NCBI GenBank assembly: GCA_047601245.1
Contig: JASGJU010000002.1
Span: 334,957-398,956 of the forward strand
Direction of reading: 5' to 3'
From: Pseudoxanthomonas sp.
Lineage (GTDB): Bacteria; Pseudomonadota; Gammaproteobacteria; Xanthomonadales; Xanthomonadaceae
Length of the DNA stretch: 64,000 bases
Shown piece after piece: positions 34,829-44,335 of the stretch. A model generated the notes under the pieces. That model ran no database searches. It saw only the letters and a list, made by a program, of their open reading frames with translations, and was not told the origin of the DNA. Every line of letters begins with the position of its first letter. The first letter of the stretch is position 1. Position numbers and translations under genes: made by a program.

Positions 34829-36946
34829 ATGAACCCGACCGAAATCGTCCTTTCGAAGAATCTCCTGCTGCTGGTTCCGCTGCTGCCGTTGCTGGGCAGC
34901 ATCGTCGCCGGCCTGTTCGGCCGCCAGGTCGGCCGCGCCGGCGCGCACTGGGTCACCATCCTCGGCGTGGCCGCCAGTTGCGCCGTCTCCTGCTACGTGC
35001 TGTGGCAACTGGCCTGGCAGGGGGCTTCGCCGTTCAACCAGAACCTGTACACCTTCCTGCAGACCGGCGACCTGTCGTTCCACGTCGGCTTCATGGTGGA
35101 CAGGCTGACCGCGATGATGATGGTGGTGGTCACCTTCGTCTCGCTGCTGGTCCACGTCTACACCATCGGCTACATGGCCGACGACCCGGGTTACCAGCGC
35201 TTCTTCAGCTACATCTCGCTGTTCACCTTCAGCATGCTGATGCTGGTGATGAGCAACAACTTCCTGCAGTTGTTCTTCGGCTGGGAGGCGGTGGGCCTGG
35301 TGTCGTACCTGCTGATCGGTTTCTGGTTCAAGAGGCCGACCGCGGTGTTCGCCAACCTGAAGGCGTTCCTGGTCAACCGCGTCGGCGACTTCGGCTTCCT
35401 GATCGGCATCGCCGCGGTGCTGCTGGTGTTCCGCACGCTGGACTACGCGCAGGTGTTCTCGTACGCGCCGATGCTCAAGGGCATCCAGATGCAGCAGATC
35501 TGGCCGGCCGGCGGCATCGGCGCGTTCGCCACCGTCGGCGGCTGGTCGGTGGCGACGGTGATCTGCATCGGCCTGTTCATCGGCGCGATGGGCAAGTCGG
35601 CGCAGGTGCCGCTGCACGTGTGGCTGCCGGACTCGATGGAAGGCCCGACCCCGATCTCGGCGCTGATCCACGCCGCGACCATGGTCACCGCCGGCATCTT
35701 CATGGTGGCGCGCATGTCGCCGCTGTTCGAACTGAGCGAGACCGCGCTGAACTTCGTGCTGTTCATCGGCGCGACCACCGCGTTCTTCACCGGCCTGATC
35801 GGCATCGTCCAGAACGACATCAAGCGCGTGGTCGCGTACTCCACGCTGTCGCAGCTCGGCTACATGACCGTGGCGCTGGGCGTGAGCGCGTACTCGGCGG
35901 CGGTGTTCCACCTGATGACCCACGCCTTCTTCAAGGCGCTGCTGTTCCTGGCGGCCGGCTCGGTGATCATCGGCATGCACCACGAGCAGGACATGCGCAA
36001 GATGGGCGGTCTGCGCAAGTACATGCCGATCACCTATCTCACCAGCGTGATCGGCACGCTGGCGCTGGTCGGCACGCCGTTCTTCAGCGGCTTCTATTCG
36101 AAGGACAGCATCATCGAGGCGGCCCAGCACCACGCCCACGAGGCGCATGGCTGGATCGCTACCTACGGCTACTGGGCGGTGCTGGGCGGCGTGTTCGTCA
36201 CCAGTTTCTATTCCTTCCGCCTGCTGTACCTGACCTTCCACGGCAAGGAACGCTTCCGCGATGCCCACGGCGACGATGCGCATGGGCACGACGACCACGG
36301 CCACCACGGCGCGCACGAGCCGCACGAATCGCCGTGGGTGGTGACCGTGCCGCTGATCCTGCTGGCGATCCCGTCGGTGCTGGTCGGTTTCTTCACCGTC
36401 GGCCCGATGCTGTACGGCACCGACTGGCTGGGCCACCACGCGGCCGAAGGTGGCCCGTGGCCGGCGATGAACTTCTTCGGCGCCGCGATCCAGTTCTACG
36501 AACCCGCGCGCGACACCATCGCTGCGCTGGCCGAGGAATTCCACGGCCCGGTCGCCTTCGCGCTGCACGGCATGGCCGCGTGGCCGTTCTGGCTGACCCT
36601 GGCCGGTTTCGCGCTGGCGACCTTCCTGTACCTGCTCAAGCCGGAACTGCCGGCGAAGCTGCGCCGGACCTTCGCCCTGCCGGTGCGCATCCTCGAGGAC
36701 AAGTACGGCTTCGACAAGCTGTGGATCGACGGTTTCGCCGGCGGCAGCGTGAAGCTGGGCAGGCTGTCGCGCTGGATCGACAGCAAGCTGATCGACGGCG
36801 TCGTCGTCAACGGCAGCGCCAGGGTGGTCGACGTGGCCGCCAGCCTGCTGCGCCGCACCCAATCCGGTTTCCTCTACCACTACGCCTTTGCGATGATCCT
36901 CGGCCTGATCGTGTTGTTGGCCGCGCTGATCAAGTTCTGGCGCTGA
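34829..36946 (+). CDS. nuoL: NADH-quinone oxidoreductase subunit L
   Basis: WEAVGL, GKSAQVPLHVWLPDSMEGPTP, HAFFKALLF. Confidence 0.97.
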   Translation: MNPTEIVLSKNLLLLVPLLPLLGSIVAGLFGRQVGRAGAHWVTILGVAASCAVSCYVLWQLAWQGASPFNQNLYTFLQTGDLSFHVGFMVDRLTAMMMVVVTFVSLLVHVYTIGYMADDPGYQRFFSYISLFTFSMLMLVMSNNFLQLFFGWEAVGLVSYLLIGFWFKRPTAVFANLKAFLVNRVGDFGFLIGIAAVLLVFRTLDYAQVFSYAPMLKGIQMQQIWPAGGIGAFATVGGWSVATVICIGLFIGAMGKSAQVPLHVWLPDSMEGPTPISALIHAATMVTAGIFMVARMSPLFELSETALNFVLFIGATTAFFTGLIGIVQNDIKRVVAYSTLSQLGYMTVALGVSAYSAAVFHLMTHAFFKALLFLAAGSVIIGMHHEQDMRKMGGLRKYMPITYLTSVIGTLALVGTPFFSGFYSKDSIIEAAQHHAHEAHGWIATYGYWAVLGGVFVTSFYSFRLLYLTFHGKERFRDAHGDDAHGHDDHGHHGAHEPHESPWVVTVPLILLAIPSVLVGFFTVGPMLYGTDWLGHHAAEGGPWPAMNFFGAAIQFYEPARDTIAALAEEFHGPVAFALHGMAAWPFWLTLAGFALATFLYLLKPELPAKLRRTFALPVRILEDKYGFDKLWIDGFAGGSVKLGRLSRWIDSKLIDGVVVNGSARVVDVAASLLRRTQSGFLYHYAFAMILGLIVLLAALIKFWR

Positions 36947-36965
36947 CCTGCACGGACAAGAACTC

Positions 36966-38495
36966 GTGGCGAACTGGCCCCTGCTCAGTATCCTCATCTG
37001 GCTGCCGATCGTCGGCGGCGCGCTGATCCTCTTCCTCGGCAACGGCCGCGCGCAGGCCGCGCGCTGGGCGTCGATGGCGGTCGCGGTGGCGACCTTCCTG
37101 TTCAGCCTGCCGCTGTGGTCCCGCTACGACCGCGCCGACCCGGCGATGCAGTTCGTCGAGAAGCATCCCTGGGTGCCGAGCTACGACATCTGGTACGCGC
37201 TGGGCGCCGACGGCATCTCGATCGCGCTGATCCTGCTGACCACCGCGATCACCGTGCTGACCCTGCTCGGCGCGTGGGGCTCGGTGGAGAAGCGCGTGAC
37301 CCAGTACGTGTCCGCGTTCCTGATCCTGGAAGGCGTGACCGTCGGCATCTTCGCCGCGACCGACGCGATCCTGTTCTATGTGTTCTTCGAGGCCATGCTG
37401 ATCCCGATGTTCCTGATCATCGGCGTCTGGGGCGGGCCGCGGCGCATCTACGCGGCGCTGAAGTTCTTCCTGTACACCTTCCTCGGCTCGGTGCTGATGC
37501 TGGTGGGGTTGATCTACCTGTACCTGAAGGGCGCGGAACTGGGCCACGCCAGCTTCCAGTTCGCCGACCTGTACGCGCTGCCGCTGTCGATGAAGGAACA
37601 GACCTGGATCTTCTTCGCCTTCCTGGTCGCGTTCGCGGTCAAGGTGCCGATGTTCCCGGTGCACACCTGGCTGCCGGACGCGCACGTCGAGGCGCCGACC
37701 GCCGGCTCGGTGATCCTGGCCGCCATCGCGCTGAAGATCGGCGGCTACGGCTTCCTGCGCTTCAGTTTGCCGATCCTGCCCGACGCCGGCCACGAATGGG
37801 CGATGCTGGTGATCGTGCTGTCGCTGATCGCGGTCGTCTACGTCGGCCTGGTCGCGCTGGTCCAGGACGACATGAAGAAGCTGATCGCGTACTCCTCGGT
37901 CGCGCACATGGGCTTCGTCACCCTGGGCACCTTCATCGGCTTCGTGCTGGTGCGCGACTACAGCAACCTCGACGCCGCGCAGCTCGGCCTGCAGGGCGCG
38001 ATGGTGCAGATGATCTCGCACGGCCTGGTTTCCGGAGCGACCTTCTCCTGCGTCGGCGTGCTCTACGACCGCATGCACACGCGCATGATCAAGGACTACG
38101 GCGGCGTCGCCAACGTGATGCCGTGGTTCGCGGTGTTCTTCGTGTTCTTCGGCATGGCCAACGCCGGCCTGCCGGGCACCAGCGGCTTCGTCGGCGAGTT
38201 CATGGTGATCCTGGCCAGCTTCCAGGCGCACCCGTACATCTCGGTGATCGCCGCGCTCACGCTGATCATCGGCGCGGGCTACACGCTGTGGCTGGTCAAG
38301 CGCGTGCTGTACGGCGAAGTCGCCAACGCCCACGTGGCCGAACTGACCGACGTCAACTGGCGCGAGGCGCTGATGCTGGGCCTGTTCGTGCTCGGCACGC
38401 TGGCCATCGGCGTCTACCCCAAGCCGCTGACCGACCTGATGGAAACCTCGATCGCGCAGCTCGCGTTGCAACTGGCCAACAGCAAGCTGCTGTAA
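36966..38495 (+). CDS. nuoM: NADH-quinone oxidoreductase subunit M
   Basis: FFEAMLIP, HTWLPDAHVEAP, LPGTSGFVGE. Confidence 0.97.
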   Translation: MANWPLLSILIWLPIVGGALILFLGNGRAQAARWASMAVAVATFLFSLPLWSRYDRADPAMQFVEKHPWVPSYDIWYALGADGISIALILLTTAITVLTLLGAWGSVEKRVTQYVSAFLILEGVTVGIFAATDAILFYVFFEAMLIPMFLIIGVWGGPRRIYAALKFFLYTFLGSVLMLVGLIYLYLKGAELGHASFQFADLYALPLSMKEQTWIFFAFLVAFAVKVPMFPVHTWLPDAHVEAPTAGSVILAAIALKIGGYGFLRFSLPILPDAGHEWAMLVIVLSLIAVVYVGLVALVQDDMKKLIAYSSVAHMGFVTLGTFIGFVLVRDYSNLDAAQLGLQGAMVQMISHGLVSGATFSCVGVLYDRMHTRMIKDYGGVANVMPWFAVFFVFFGMANAGLPGTSGFVGEFMVILASFQAHPYISVIAALTLIIGAGYTLWLVKRVLYGEVANAHVAELTDVNWREALMLGLFVLGTLAIGVYPKPLTDLMETSIAQLALQLANSKLL

Positions 38496-38505
38496 GGAAT
38501 AGCGC

Positions 38506-39951
38506 ATGACCGCTTCGCTCCCCACCGCCGCCGACCTGTTGCCGCTGCTGCCGGAAGTCGTCCTGGTCGCCGGCGCCTTCGCGCTGCTGATCCTCGACCT
38601 GTTCGTCGACAACCGCCGGCGCATCGTCACCCATGCGCTGGCCCTGCTGTTGCTGGCCGCAGTGCTGTGGATGGTCGCCAGCGGCGTCGGCGGCCACGGC
38701 ACCGTGTTCAACGGCATGTTCGTGCGCGACGTGCTGGCCGATGTGTCCAAGGTCGCCATCCTGCTGGTCAGCGGCCTGTCGCTGGCCTACGCCTGGCCGT
38801 ACCTGCGCGAGCGCAACCTGTATCCGGGCGAAGTGCCGGTGCTGGTGCTGTTCGCCACCGCCGGCATGATGGTATTGGTATCCGCCGGCTCGCTGGTGAT
38901 GGCCTACCTGGGCCTGGAACTGCTGGCGCTGTGCTCGTACGCGCTGGTCGCGCTGAACCGCGACGACGGCCTGTCCACCGAAGCGGCGATGAAGTACATC
39001 GTGCTCGGCTCGATCGCCTCGGGCCTGCTGCTGTACGGCATGTCGCTGGTCTACGGCGCGACCGGCACCCTGCACCTGGACGCCATCAGCGCCGCGATCG
39101 CGGGCTCGTCCGAACGCACCCTGCTGCTGACCGGCGTGGCGTTCATGGTCGCCGGCATCGCCTTCAAGCTGGGCGCGGCCCCGTTCCACATGTGGCTGCC
39201 GGACGTCTACCAGGGCGCGCCGACCCCGATCACGCTGTTCATCAGCGCCGGCCCCAAGATCGCCGCGTTCGGCATGGCTTTCCGCCTGCTGGTCGACGGC
39301 GCCGGCCCGCTGGAAGGCCAGTGGCGGCTGCTGCTGGCCGGGCTGGCCGCCGCATCGCTGGTGATCGGCAACGTGATCGCCATCGCCCAGACCAACCTCA
39401 AGCGCATGCTGGCCTATTCCACCGTCTCGCACATCGGCTTCCTGCTGCTGGGCCTGGCCGGCGGCGGCGCGGCGGGCTACGCGGCCTCGCTGTTCTATGC
39501 GATCAGCTACGCGCTGATGTCGGTGGCCGCGTTCGGCGCGATCGTGATGCTGTCGCGGCAGGGCTTCGAGGCCGAGCAGATCGACGACTTCAAGGGCCTG
39601 AGCCGCCGCGACCCGTGGCAGGCGCTGCTGGTGCTGCTGGTGATGGCCTCGCTGGCCGGCATACCGCCGCTGCTGGGTTTCTGGGCCAAGCTGGCGGTGC
39701 TGCGCGCCGCGCTCGGCGGCGACCTGCTGTGGCTGGCCATCCTGGGCGTGGTCTGCTCGGTGATCGGCGCGTTCTACTACCTGCGCGTGATCAAGGTCAT
39801 GTGGTTCGACGAACCCGTCGGCGAAGCGCATCCGCCGCGCCCCGGCCGCGTGCTGCCGGTGGTGTTCGGCGTCAACGCGCTGGGCCTGCTGGGGCTAGGT
39901 TTCGTCTGGAACCCGATCATGGCGTGGTGCCAGGCGGCGTTCGCCGGCTGA
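38506..39951 (+). CDS. nuoN: NADH-quinone oxidoreductase subunit N
   Basis: EAAMKY, PFHMWLPDVYQGAP, LKRMLAYS, LAGIPPL.GF.AK. Confidence 0.97.
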   Translation: MTASLPTAADLLPLLPEVVLVAGAFALLILDLFVDNRRRIVTHALALLLLAAVLWMVASGVGGHGTVFNGMFVRDVLADVSKVAILLVSGLSLAYAWPYLRERNLYPGEVPVLVLFATAGMMVLVSAGSLVMAYLGLELLALCSYALVALNRDDGLSTEAAMKYIVLGSIASGLLLYGMSLVYGATGTLHLDAISAAIAGSSERTLLLTGVAFMVAGIAFKLGAAPFHMWLPDVYQGAPTPITLFISAGPKIAAFGMAFRLLVDGAGPLEGQWRLLLAGLAAASLVIGNVIAIAQTNLKRMLAYSTVSHIGFLLLGLAGGGAAGYAASLFYAISYALMSVAAFGAIVMLSRQGFEAEQIDDFKGLSRRDPWQALLVLLVMASLAGIPPLLGFWAKLAVLRAALGGDLLWLAILGVVCSVIGAFYYLRVIKVMWFDEPVGEAHPPRPGRVLPVVFGVNALGLLGLGFVWNPIMAWCQAAFAG

Positions 39952-40012
39952 AGCCCGGCACAACATCGCGCGCCATTGGCGCGCGAAACCCGCGGTCGGC
40001 GCAGGCAAAGGC

Positions 40013-40041
40013 TTGCAAGATTCCGCGGGAATCCGCATAAT
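40013..40041 (+). promoter_or_regulatory. sigma70-type promoter for tRNA-fMet
   Basis: TTGCAA-17 bp-CATAAT, 11 bp before the tRNA. Confidence 0.7.
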
Positions 40042-40052
40042 TCCGCTTCTGC

Positions 40053-40129
40053 TGCGGGGTGGAGCAGTCTGGCAGCTCGTCGGGCTCATAACCCGAAGGT
40101 CGCAGGTTCAAATCCTGCCCCCGCTACCA
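40053..40129 (+). tRNA. Initiator tRNA-Met(CAT)
   Basis: 77 nt, CAT anticodon, three G-C pairs in the anticodon stem, unpaired 1:72 position (U:U), encoded CCA. Confidence 0.97.
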
Positions 40130-40210
40130 TCATTTTTCCCGCATTGCTCCGCGGGGAACAGAATCGGCGGCAATTCCGGCAACGGGGTTGTCGCCGTTTT
40201 TCGTTGCGGG

Positions 40211-40270
40211 TGCCGGCGTGCCGGTCAGGCCGATCCACGAAGCGGCATCGGTCCCGACGAATCGTCAGGA
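40211..40270 (-). other. Strongly degenerate attC-like site after cassette ORF B
   Basis: Minus strand CCTGACGATTC...CCGATGCCGCTTCGTGGATCGGCC: stop codon in the R'' position and a central hairpin with the short-attC pattern; the R' core is lost. Confidence 0.45.
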
Positions 40271-40537
40271 CGCGCCCGATTTCACGTACAGATAGGCGAG
40301 GCCGCCGCCTTGCGCGGCAATCCAGATCCAGCCGGCCGCCGCAAGCTGGAACCGCGTGCCCGGCGAACGGTGCGGTTGCGTCGCCAGCCAGACGCCGACG
40401 TTCGCGATGGCGAGCGAAACGGCAAGCACGACCAGGCCGCCGCGCGGATGGAGCAGGCCCCATCCAGGATCGACGCGCATGAGTGCCACATAGCCAAGAA
40501 GGACGAGCATCGAAGCCAGGGTGGTAGGGATCTTCAT
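40265..40537 (-). CDS. Small hydrophobic hypothetical membrane protein (putative gene cassette B)
   Basis: MKIPTTLASMLVLLGYVALM..., about three hydrophobic segments, 90 aa. The start was shortened from the ORF-track call so that it follows the attC-like site. Confidence 0.55.
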   Translation of the reverse strand: MKIPTTLASMLVLLGYVALMRVDPGWGLLHPRGGLVVLAVSLAIANVGVWLATQPHRSPGTRFQLAAAGWIWIAAQGGGLAYLYVKSGAS

Positions 40538-40542
40538 GCGAT

Positions 40543-40610
40543 GTTTGGCGTGTGAATTAAACAGCATCACAGAGCGATGCCAGCTTGAATTGTTATGTTG
40601 ATTGTTAGGG
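40543..40610 (-). other. Degenerate attC-like site after cassette ORF A
   Basis: Minus strand CCCTAAC...TTCAAGC-TG-GCATCGC-TCT-GTGATGC-TG-TTTAATTCA..GCCAAAC; the TAA of ORF A lies inside CCCTAAC. Confidence 0.6.
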
Positions 40611-41057
40611 TTCACTGCTAACAAAGTGTTCCAAGAACTCAACCTTCGTGACCTGTGGGGGTAGGTCTGTCAGAGTGAAGATGGACCCGCACTCGCAGTT
40701 GCACATATCGACACTACCTGTGAAATGAGTTTCGTAGGACAAGTGCAAGATGTTGTCTTGCACATAATGCGATGGATTGCGTACATCGAGTCCGCAAGGA
40801 ATCGACGCCTTGACTAGGAAGGTTGTGTCCCGCCCTTTCTCGATACGCTCAATGATTGGGTATTGGGCGGAGCTGCATGTGCTTTGATCTTCAAAGCCGA
40901 GGTGCTTGAAATTCATTTGGTAGCGGAAGATACGGCCTGGCTTGGTGGACCGACTGAGCATGGAAAGAACAGAATCCGAAGCGAACGGTGCGACCATGAT
41001 TGCGGCACCTAGAAGTGCTAAGAGGCCAGTCAATATCGAAATTCGTGTCCAGCACAT
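40605..41057 (-). CDS. Hypothetical exported or membrane-anchored Cys-containing protein (putative gene cassette A)
   Basis: 150 aa, N-terminal hydrophobic segment, CNCEC motif, A/T-rich codons; preceded by GTTAGGG and ending in CCCTAAC. Confidence 0.65.
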   Translation of the reverse strand: MCWTRISILTGLLALLGAAIMVAPFASDSVLSMLSRSTKPGRIFRYQMNFKHLGFEDQSTCSSAQYPIIERIEKGRDTTFLVKASIPCGLDVRNPSHYVQDNILHLSYETHFTGSVDMCNCECGSIFTLTDLPPQVTKVEFLEHFVSSEP

Positions 41058-41289
41058 GTGGATGCTCGGTGTGCGCCCTAACGCCTAATAGGCTTCGCAA
41101 ATGAGATATAGCGTGGATTCTGGGGCGAGCAAAGTTGATGCGTCAATCGGGATTTCCCTACGTGCAGTCGGGGTCTGCGGCGATGGCGGCAGTGTGGCGG
41201 GGATAGGACATTGAGGACGTTGCCGGACAGGAAGATGTCCATATGCGATATGCACGTAAACCCACAATCGTCCCATCCGGTGAGTGAGG

Positions 41290-43614
41290 ATGGCCGTGTT
41301 CCCATTGTTCGGCCGGATGAACGCGGCGGCCTTGCTGGCCGGTGTCTGCCTGTGCCTGTGGTTGCCGGCGTTGCCGCCGTGGTTCCTGTTGCCGGTCCTG
41401 CTGGCCGCGGGCGCATGGGGCGTGTCGCATTGCGATTGGCGGCGGCCGCTGGGCGCATTGCTGCTGGGCTTCGGCTGGGCCGGCTTGCATGCGGCGCATG
41501 GCCTGCATGCGCGATTGCCGGCGGCGTGGGAAAAGCGCGAGGTCGAGGTCAGTGGGCGGGTGGTGGAACTGCCGCAGTTCGAGGCGCGGCGCACGCGCTT
41601 CCTGTTCCGCGTCGATGGCGACGCTTCGCAGCCGCCGCCGCTGCGCGGCCGGCTGTTGCAGTTGTCCTGGTACGACGATTTCGGCGCGGTCGAGCCGGGG
41701 CCGCGCACGCGGCTGCATGCGGGTGCGCACTGGCGATTGGCGTTGCGCGTGCGTGCGCCGCGCGGGCTGCGCAATCCGGGCGGGTTCGACAGCGAGAAAT
41801 ACGCGTTGGCGCGAGGCGTCGGCGCCGTGGGTCACGTCCGCCACGCGCAGGCGGCGATGCAACTGGATGCGCCGCGCGGCATCGACGCATGGCGCGAAGC
41901 CATGTCCTCGCGCATCGCTGCCGACGTGCCGAATGCGTCGTCGCGCTTCGTCCGCGCGCTGGCGCTGGGCGACACCGGCGGCCTGGACGACGGCGACTGG
42001 GAAACCCTGCGCGCCGCCGGGCTGACCCACCTGATCGCGATTTCCGGTTTCCATGTCGGCCTGGTGTCCGGCTTCTTCGCCTTGCTCGCGTCGCTCCTGT
42101 GGCGCGCGTTGCCGGCGCTGGCGCGGCATTGGCCACGGCCGCAGGCCGCGGCGGTCGCGGCGCTGCTCGGTGCAGGCGGTTACGCGGCGGTGGCCGGTTT
42201 CGCGCTGCCGACGGTGCGCACGTTGCTGATGATCGGGGTCGTCGCGCTGGCCTACCTGTCGCGGCGCGGCCTGCGCACCGCCGACGCCTTGGCGCTGGCG
42301 GCCGTCGCGGTGCTGCTGTTCGATCCGTTGGCGGTGCTGGCGGCGGGGTTCTGGCTCAGCTTCGCCGGCGTGGCGTGGCTGCTGTGGTGCCTGCCGCACG
42401 AGGGCAAGCGGCCGCTGTTGAAGGAATTCGTTTCGGCGCAGGGCGTGGCGACGCTCGGGCTGCTGCCGCTGACCGTGGTGCTGTTCGGGCAGGCGTCGCT
42501 GGCCGGGCCGCTGGCGAACCTGCTGGCGATCCCGTGGTGGTCGCTGGTCGTGGTGCCGCTCTCGCTGCTGGGCACGGCGTTGGAGGCGTTGCATGCCGGG
42601 GCCGGTGCATGGGCGTGGAACTGGGCGACGGCGTGTTTCGATCCGAGTTGGTGGCTGTTCTCGGCGATGGCGCAAAGCCGCTTCGCCTTGTGGTGGTTGC
42701 CGGAGGCGCGCGGGTTCGCATTGCCGCTGGCGCTGGTCGCTGCGTTCTGGCTGCTGTTGCCGCGCGGGGTGCCGGGCAAGCCGCTGGCGGCGTTACTGTG
42801 GCTGCCGCTGCTGTGGCCGGATCGCGGCCTGCCCGCGCAGGGCGAGGCACAACTGACCGTGATCGACGTGGGGCAGGGCTTGTCGGTGCTGGTGCGCACG
42901 CAGCGGCATGCATTGCTGTACGACGCCGGGCCGGCGGTACGCGACGGCTTCGACGCCGGCGAACGCGCGGTGGCGCCGGCGCTGCATGCGCTGGGCGTCG
43001 CGCGGCTGGACCGCGCGGTGATCAGCCATGGCGACAACGACCATGCCGGCGGTTTCGAGGCGGTCAAGCGGGTCGTGCCGGTGGCCGCGGCGTGGACGCC
43101 GGCCGGCTCGCCGGTGCCGGCCGAGCATGCCTGCGTGGCCGGGCAGGGCTGGGAATGGGATGGCGTGCGTTTCCGCTTCCTGCATCCCACGCCGCATTTC
43201 CCGTACCTGGGCAACGAGGCCAGTTGCGTGCTGCGCGTCGAAACCGCGCAGGGCGCGGCCTTGCTGGTTGGCGACATCGGTGCGGTGGTCGAACGCATGC
43301 TGGTGGCGCGCGCCGCCGCCGATCTTCGCGCCGACGTGGTGTTGGCCGCGCACCACGGCAGCGGCAACTCGTCCGATCCGGCCTTCGTCGCCGCGACCGG
43401 GGCGCGGCTGGCGCTGGTGTCGGCCGGCTACGGCAACCGTTTCGGCCACCCGGCGCCGGCGGTGGTGGAGCGCTGGCAGCGCGCCGGGGCCGAGGTGCTG
43501 GACACCGCCGACAGCGGCGCGCTGACCGTGTGGCTGGCACGGGACGGGCTGGCGCTGCGCGAACGGCGCGTGGCCGAACCGCGGCTTTGGGATGCCGCGC
43601 GGCGGGCGCCGTGA
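41290..43614 (+). CDS. comEC: DNA internalization competence protein ComEC/Rec2
   Basis: GLTHLIAISGFHVG, GFWLSF, metallo-beta-lactamase domain (DVGQG, SHGDNDHAGG, HHGS). Confidence 0.95.
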   Translation: MAVFPLFGRMNAAALLAGVCLCLWLPALPPWFLLPVLLAAGAWGVSHCDWRRPLGALLLGFGWAGLHAAHGLHARLPAAWEKREVEVSGRVVELPQFEARRTRFLFRVDGDASQPPPLRGRLLQLSWYDDFGAVEPGPRTRLHAGAHWRLALRVRAPRGLRNPGGFDSEKYALARGVGAVGHVRHAQAAMQLDAPRGIDAWREAMSSRIAADVPNASSRFVRALALGDTGGLDDGDWETLRAAGLTHLIAISGFHVGLVSGFFALLASLLWRALPALARHWPRPQAAAVAALLGAGGYAAVAGFALPTVRTLLMIGVVALAYLSRRGLRTADALALAAVAVLLFDPLAVLAAGFWLSFAGVAWLLWCLPHEGKRPLLKEFVSAQGVATLGLLPLTVVLFGQASLAGPLANLLAIPWWSLVVVPLSLLGTALEALHAGAGAWAWNWATACFDPSWWLFSAMAQSRFALWWLPEARGFALPLALVAAFWLLLPRGVPGKPLAALLWLPLLWPDRGLPAQGEAQLTVIDVGQGLSVLVRTQRHALLYDAGPAVRDGFDAGERAVAPALHALGVARLDRAVISHGDNDHAGGFEAVKRVVPVAAAWTPAGSPVPAEHACVAGQGWEWDGVRFRFLHPTPHFPYLGNEASCVLRVETAQGAALLVGDIGAVVERMLVARAAADLRADVVLAAHHGSGNSSDPAFVAATGARLALVSAGYGNRFGHPAPAVVERWQRAGAEVLDTADSGALTVWLARDGLALRERRVAEPRLWDAARRAP

Positions 43615-43713
43615 TGGGCAACTGCCCGCCGGAACATCGCGCCTCTACTTTCGTTGGCCTATCCTATGCCGCTCATGTACCAACGAACGGCCCTCGGCCG
43701 GAGGAAGCGAAGC

Positions 43714-44331
43714 GTGCTGGAACTGGTCAAGGCGGGCGGCTGGCCCATGATCCCGTTGCTGTTGCTGGCGGTACTGGCCCTGGCCATCGTGGTCGAACGC
43801 TTCTGGAGCCTGCGCCGCAAGGAAGTGCTGCCGCCGGGCCTGGGCGAGGAAGTCCGCCGATGGGCCGCCGGCGGCCAGCTCGACCCCGTGCACATCGAGT
43901 CGCTGCGCCGCAATTCGCCCCTGGGCGCGTTGCTGGCCGCGGCGCTGGACATGCGCGGGCGGCCGCGCGAGGTGATCCGCGAGCGCATCGAGGACACCGG
44001 CCGCCACCTGGTCCACCGGATGGAGAAGTTCCTGAACTCGCTGGGCACGATCGCGGCGGCCGGCCCGCTGCTGGGGCTGTTCGGCACCGTGGTCGGCATG
44101 ATCCAGATGTTCCTGGGCATCCTCGACCACGGCGTCGGCGACGTGAACCAGTTGGCCGGCGGCATCGGCAAGGCGCTGGTCTGCACCGCCACCGGCATGG
44201 TCGTGGCGGTGCCGGCGCTGTTCTTCCACCGCTACTTCCGCGGCCGCATTTCCGGCTACGTGGTCGACATGGAGCGGGAAGCCGGGCAACTGCTCGACGT
44301 GCTGGACACGCGCGGCGCGAACAAAGGCTGA
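43714..44331 (+). CDS. exbB: MotA/TolQ/ExbB proton channel family protein
   Basis: LGTIAAAGPLLGLFGTVVGMI, GIGKALVCTATG. Confidence 0.88.
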   Translation: MLELVKAGGWPMIPLLLLAVLALAIVVERFWSLRRKEVLPPGLGEEVRRWAAGGQLDPVHIESLRRNSPLGALLAAALDMRGRPREVIRERIEDTGRHLVHRMEKFLNSLGTIAAAGPLLGLFGTVVGMIQMFLGILDHGVGDVNQLAGGIGKALVCTATGMVVAVPALFFHRYFRGRISGYVVDMEREAGQLLDVLDTRGANKG

Positions 44332-44335
44332 GCGC

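Noticed and set aside
36255-36330. His-rich stretch in NuoL
   Set aside because: His/Asp-rich loops at this position are common in proteobacterial NuoL.
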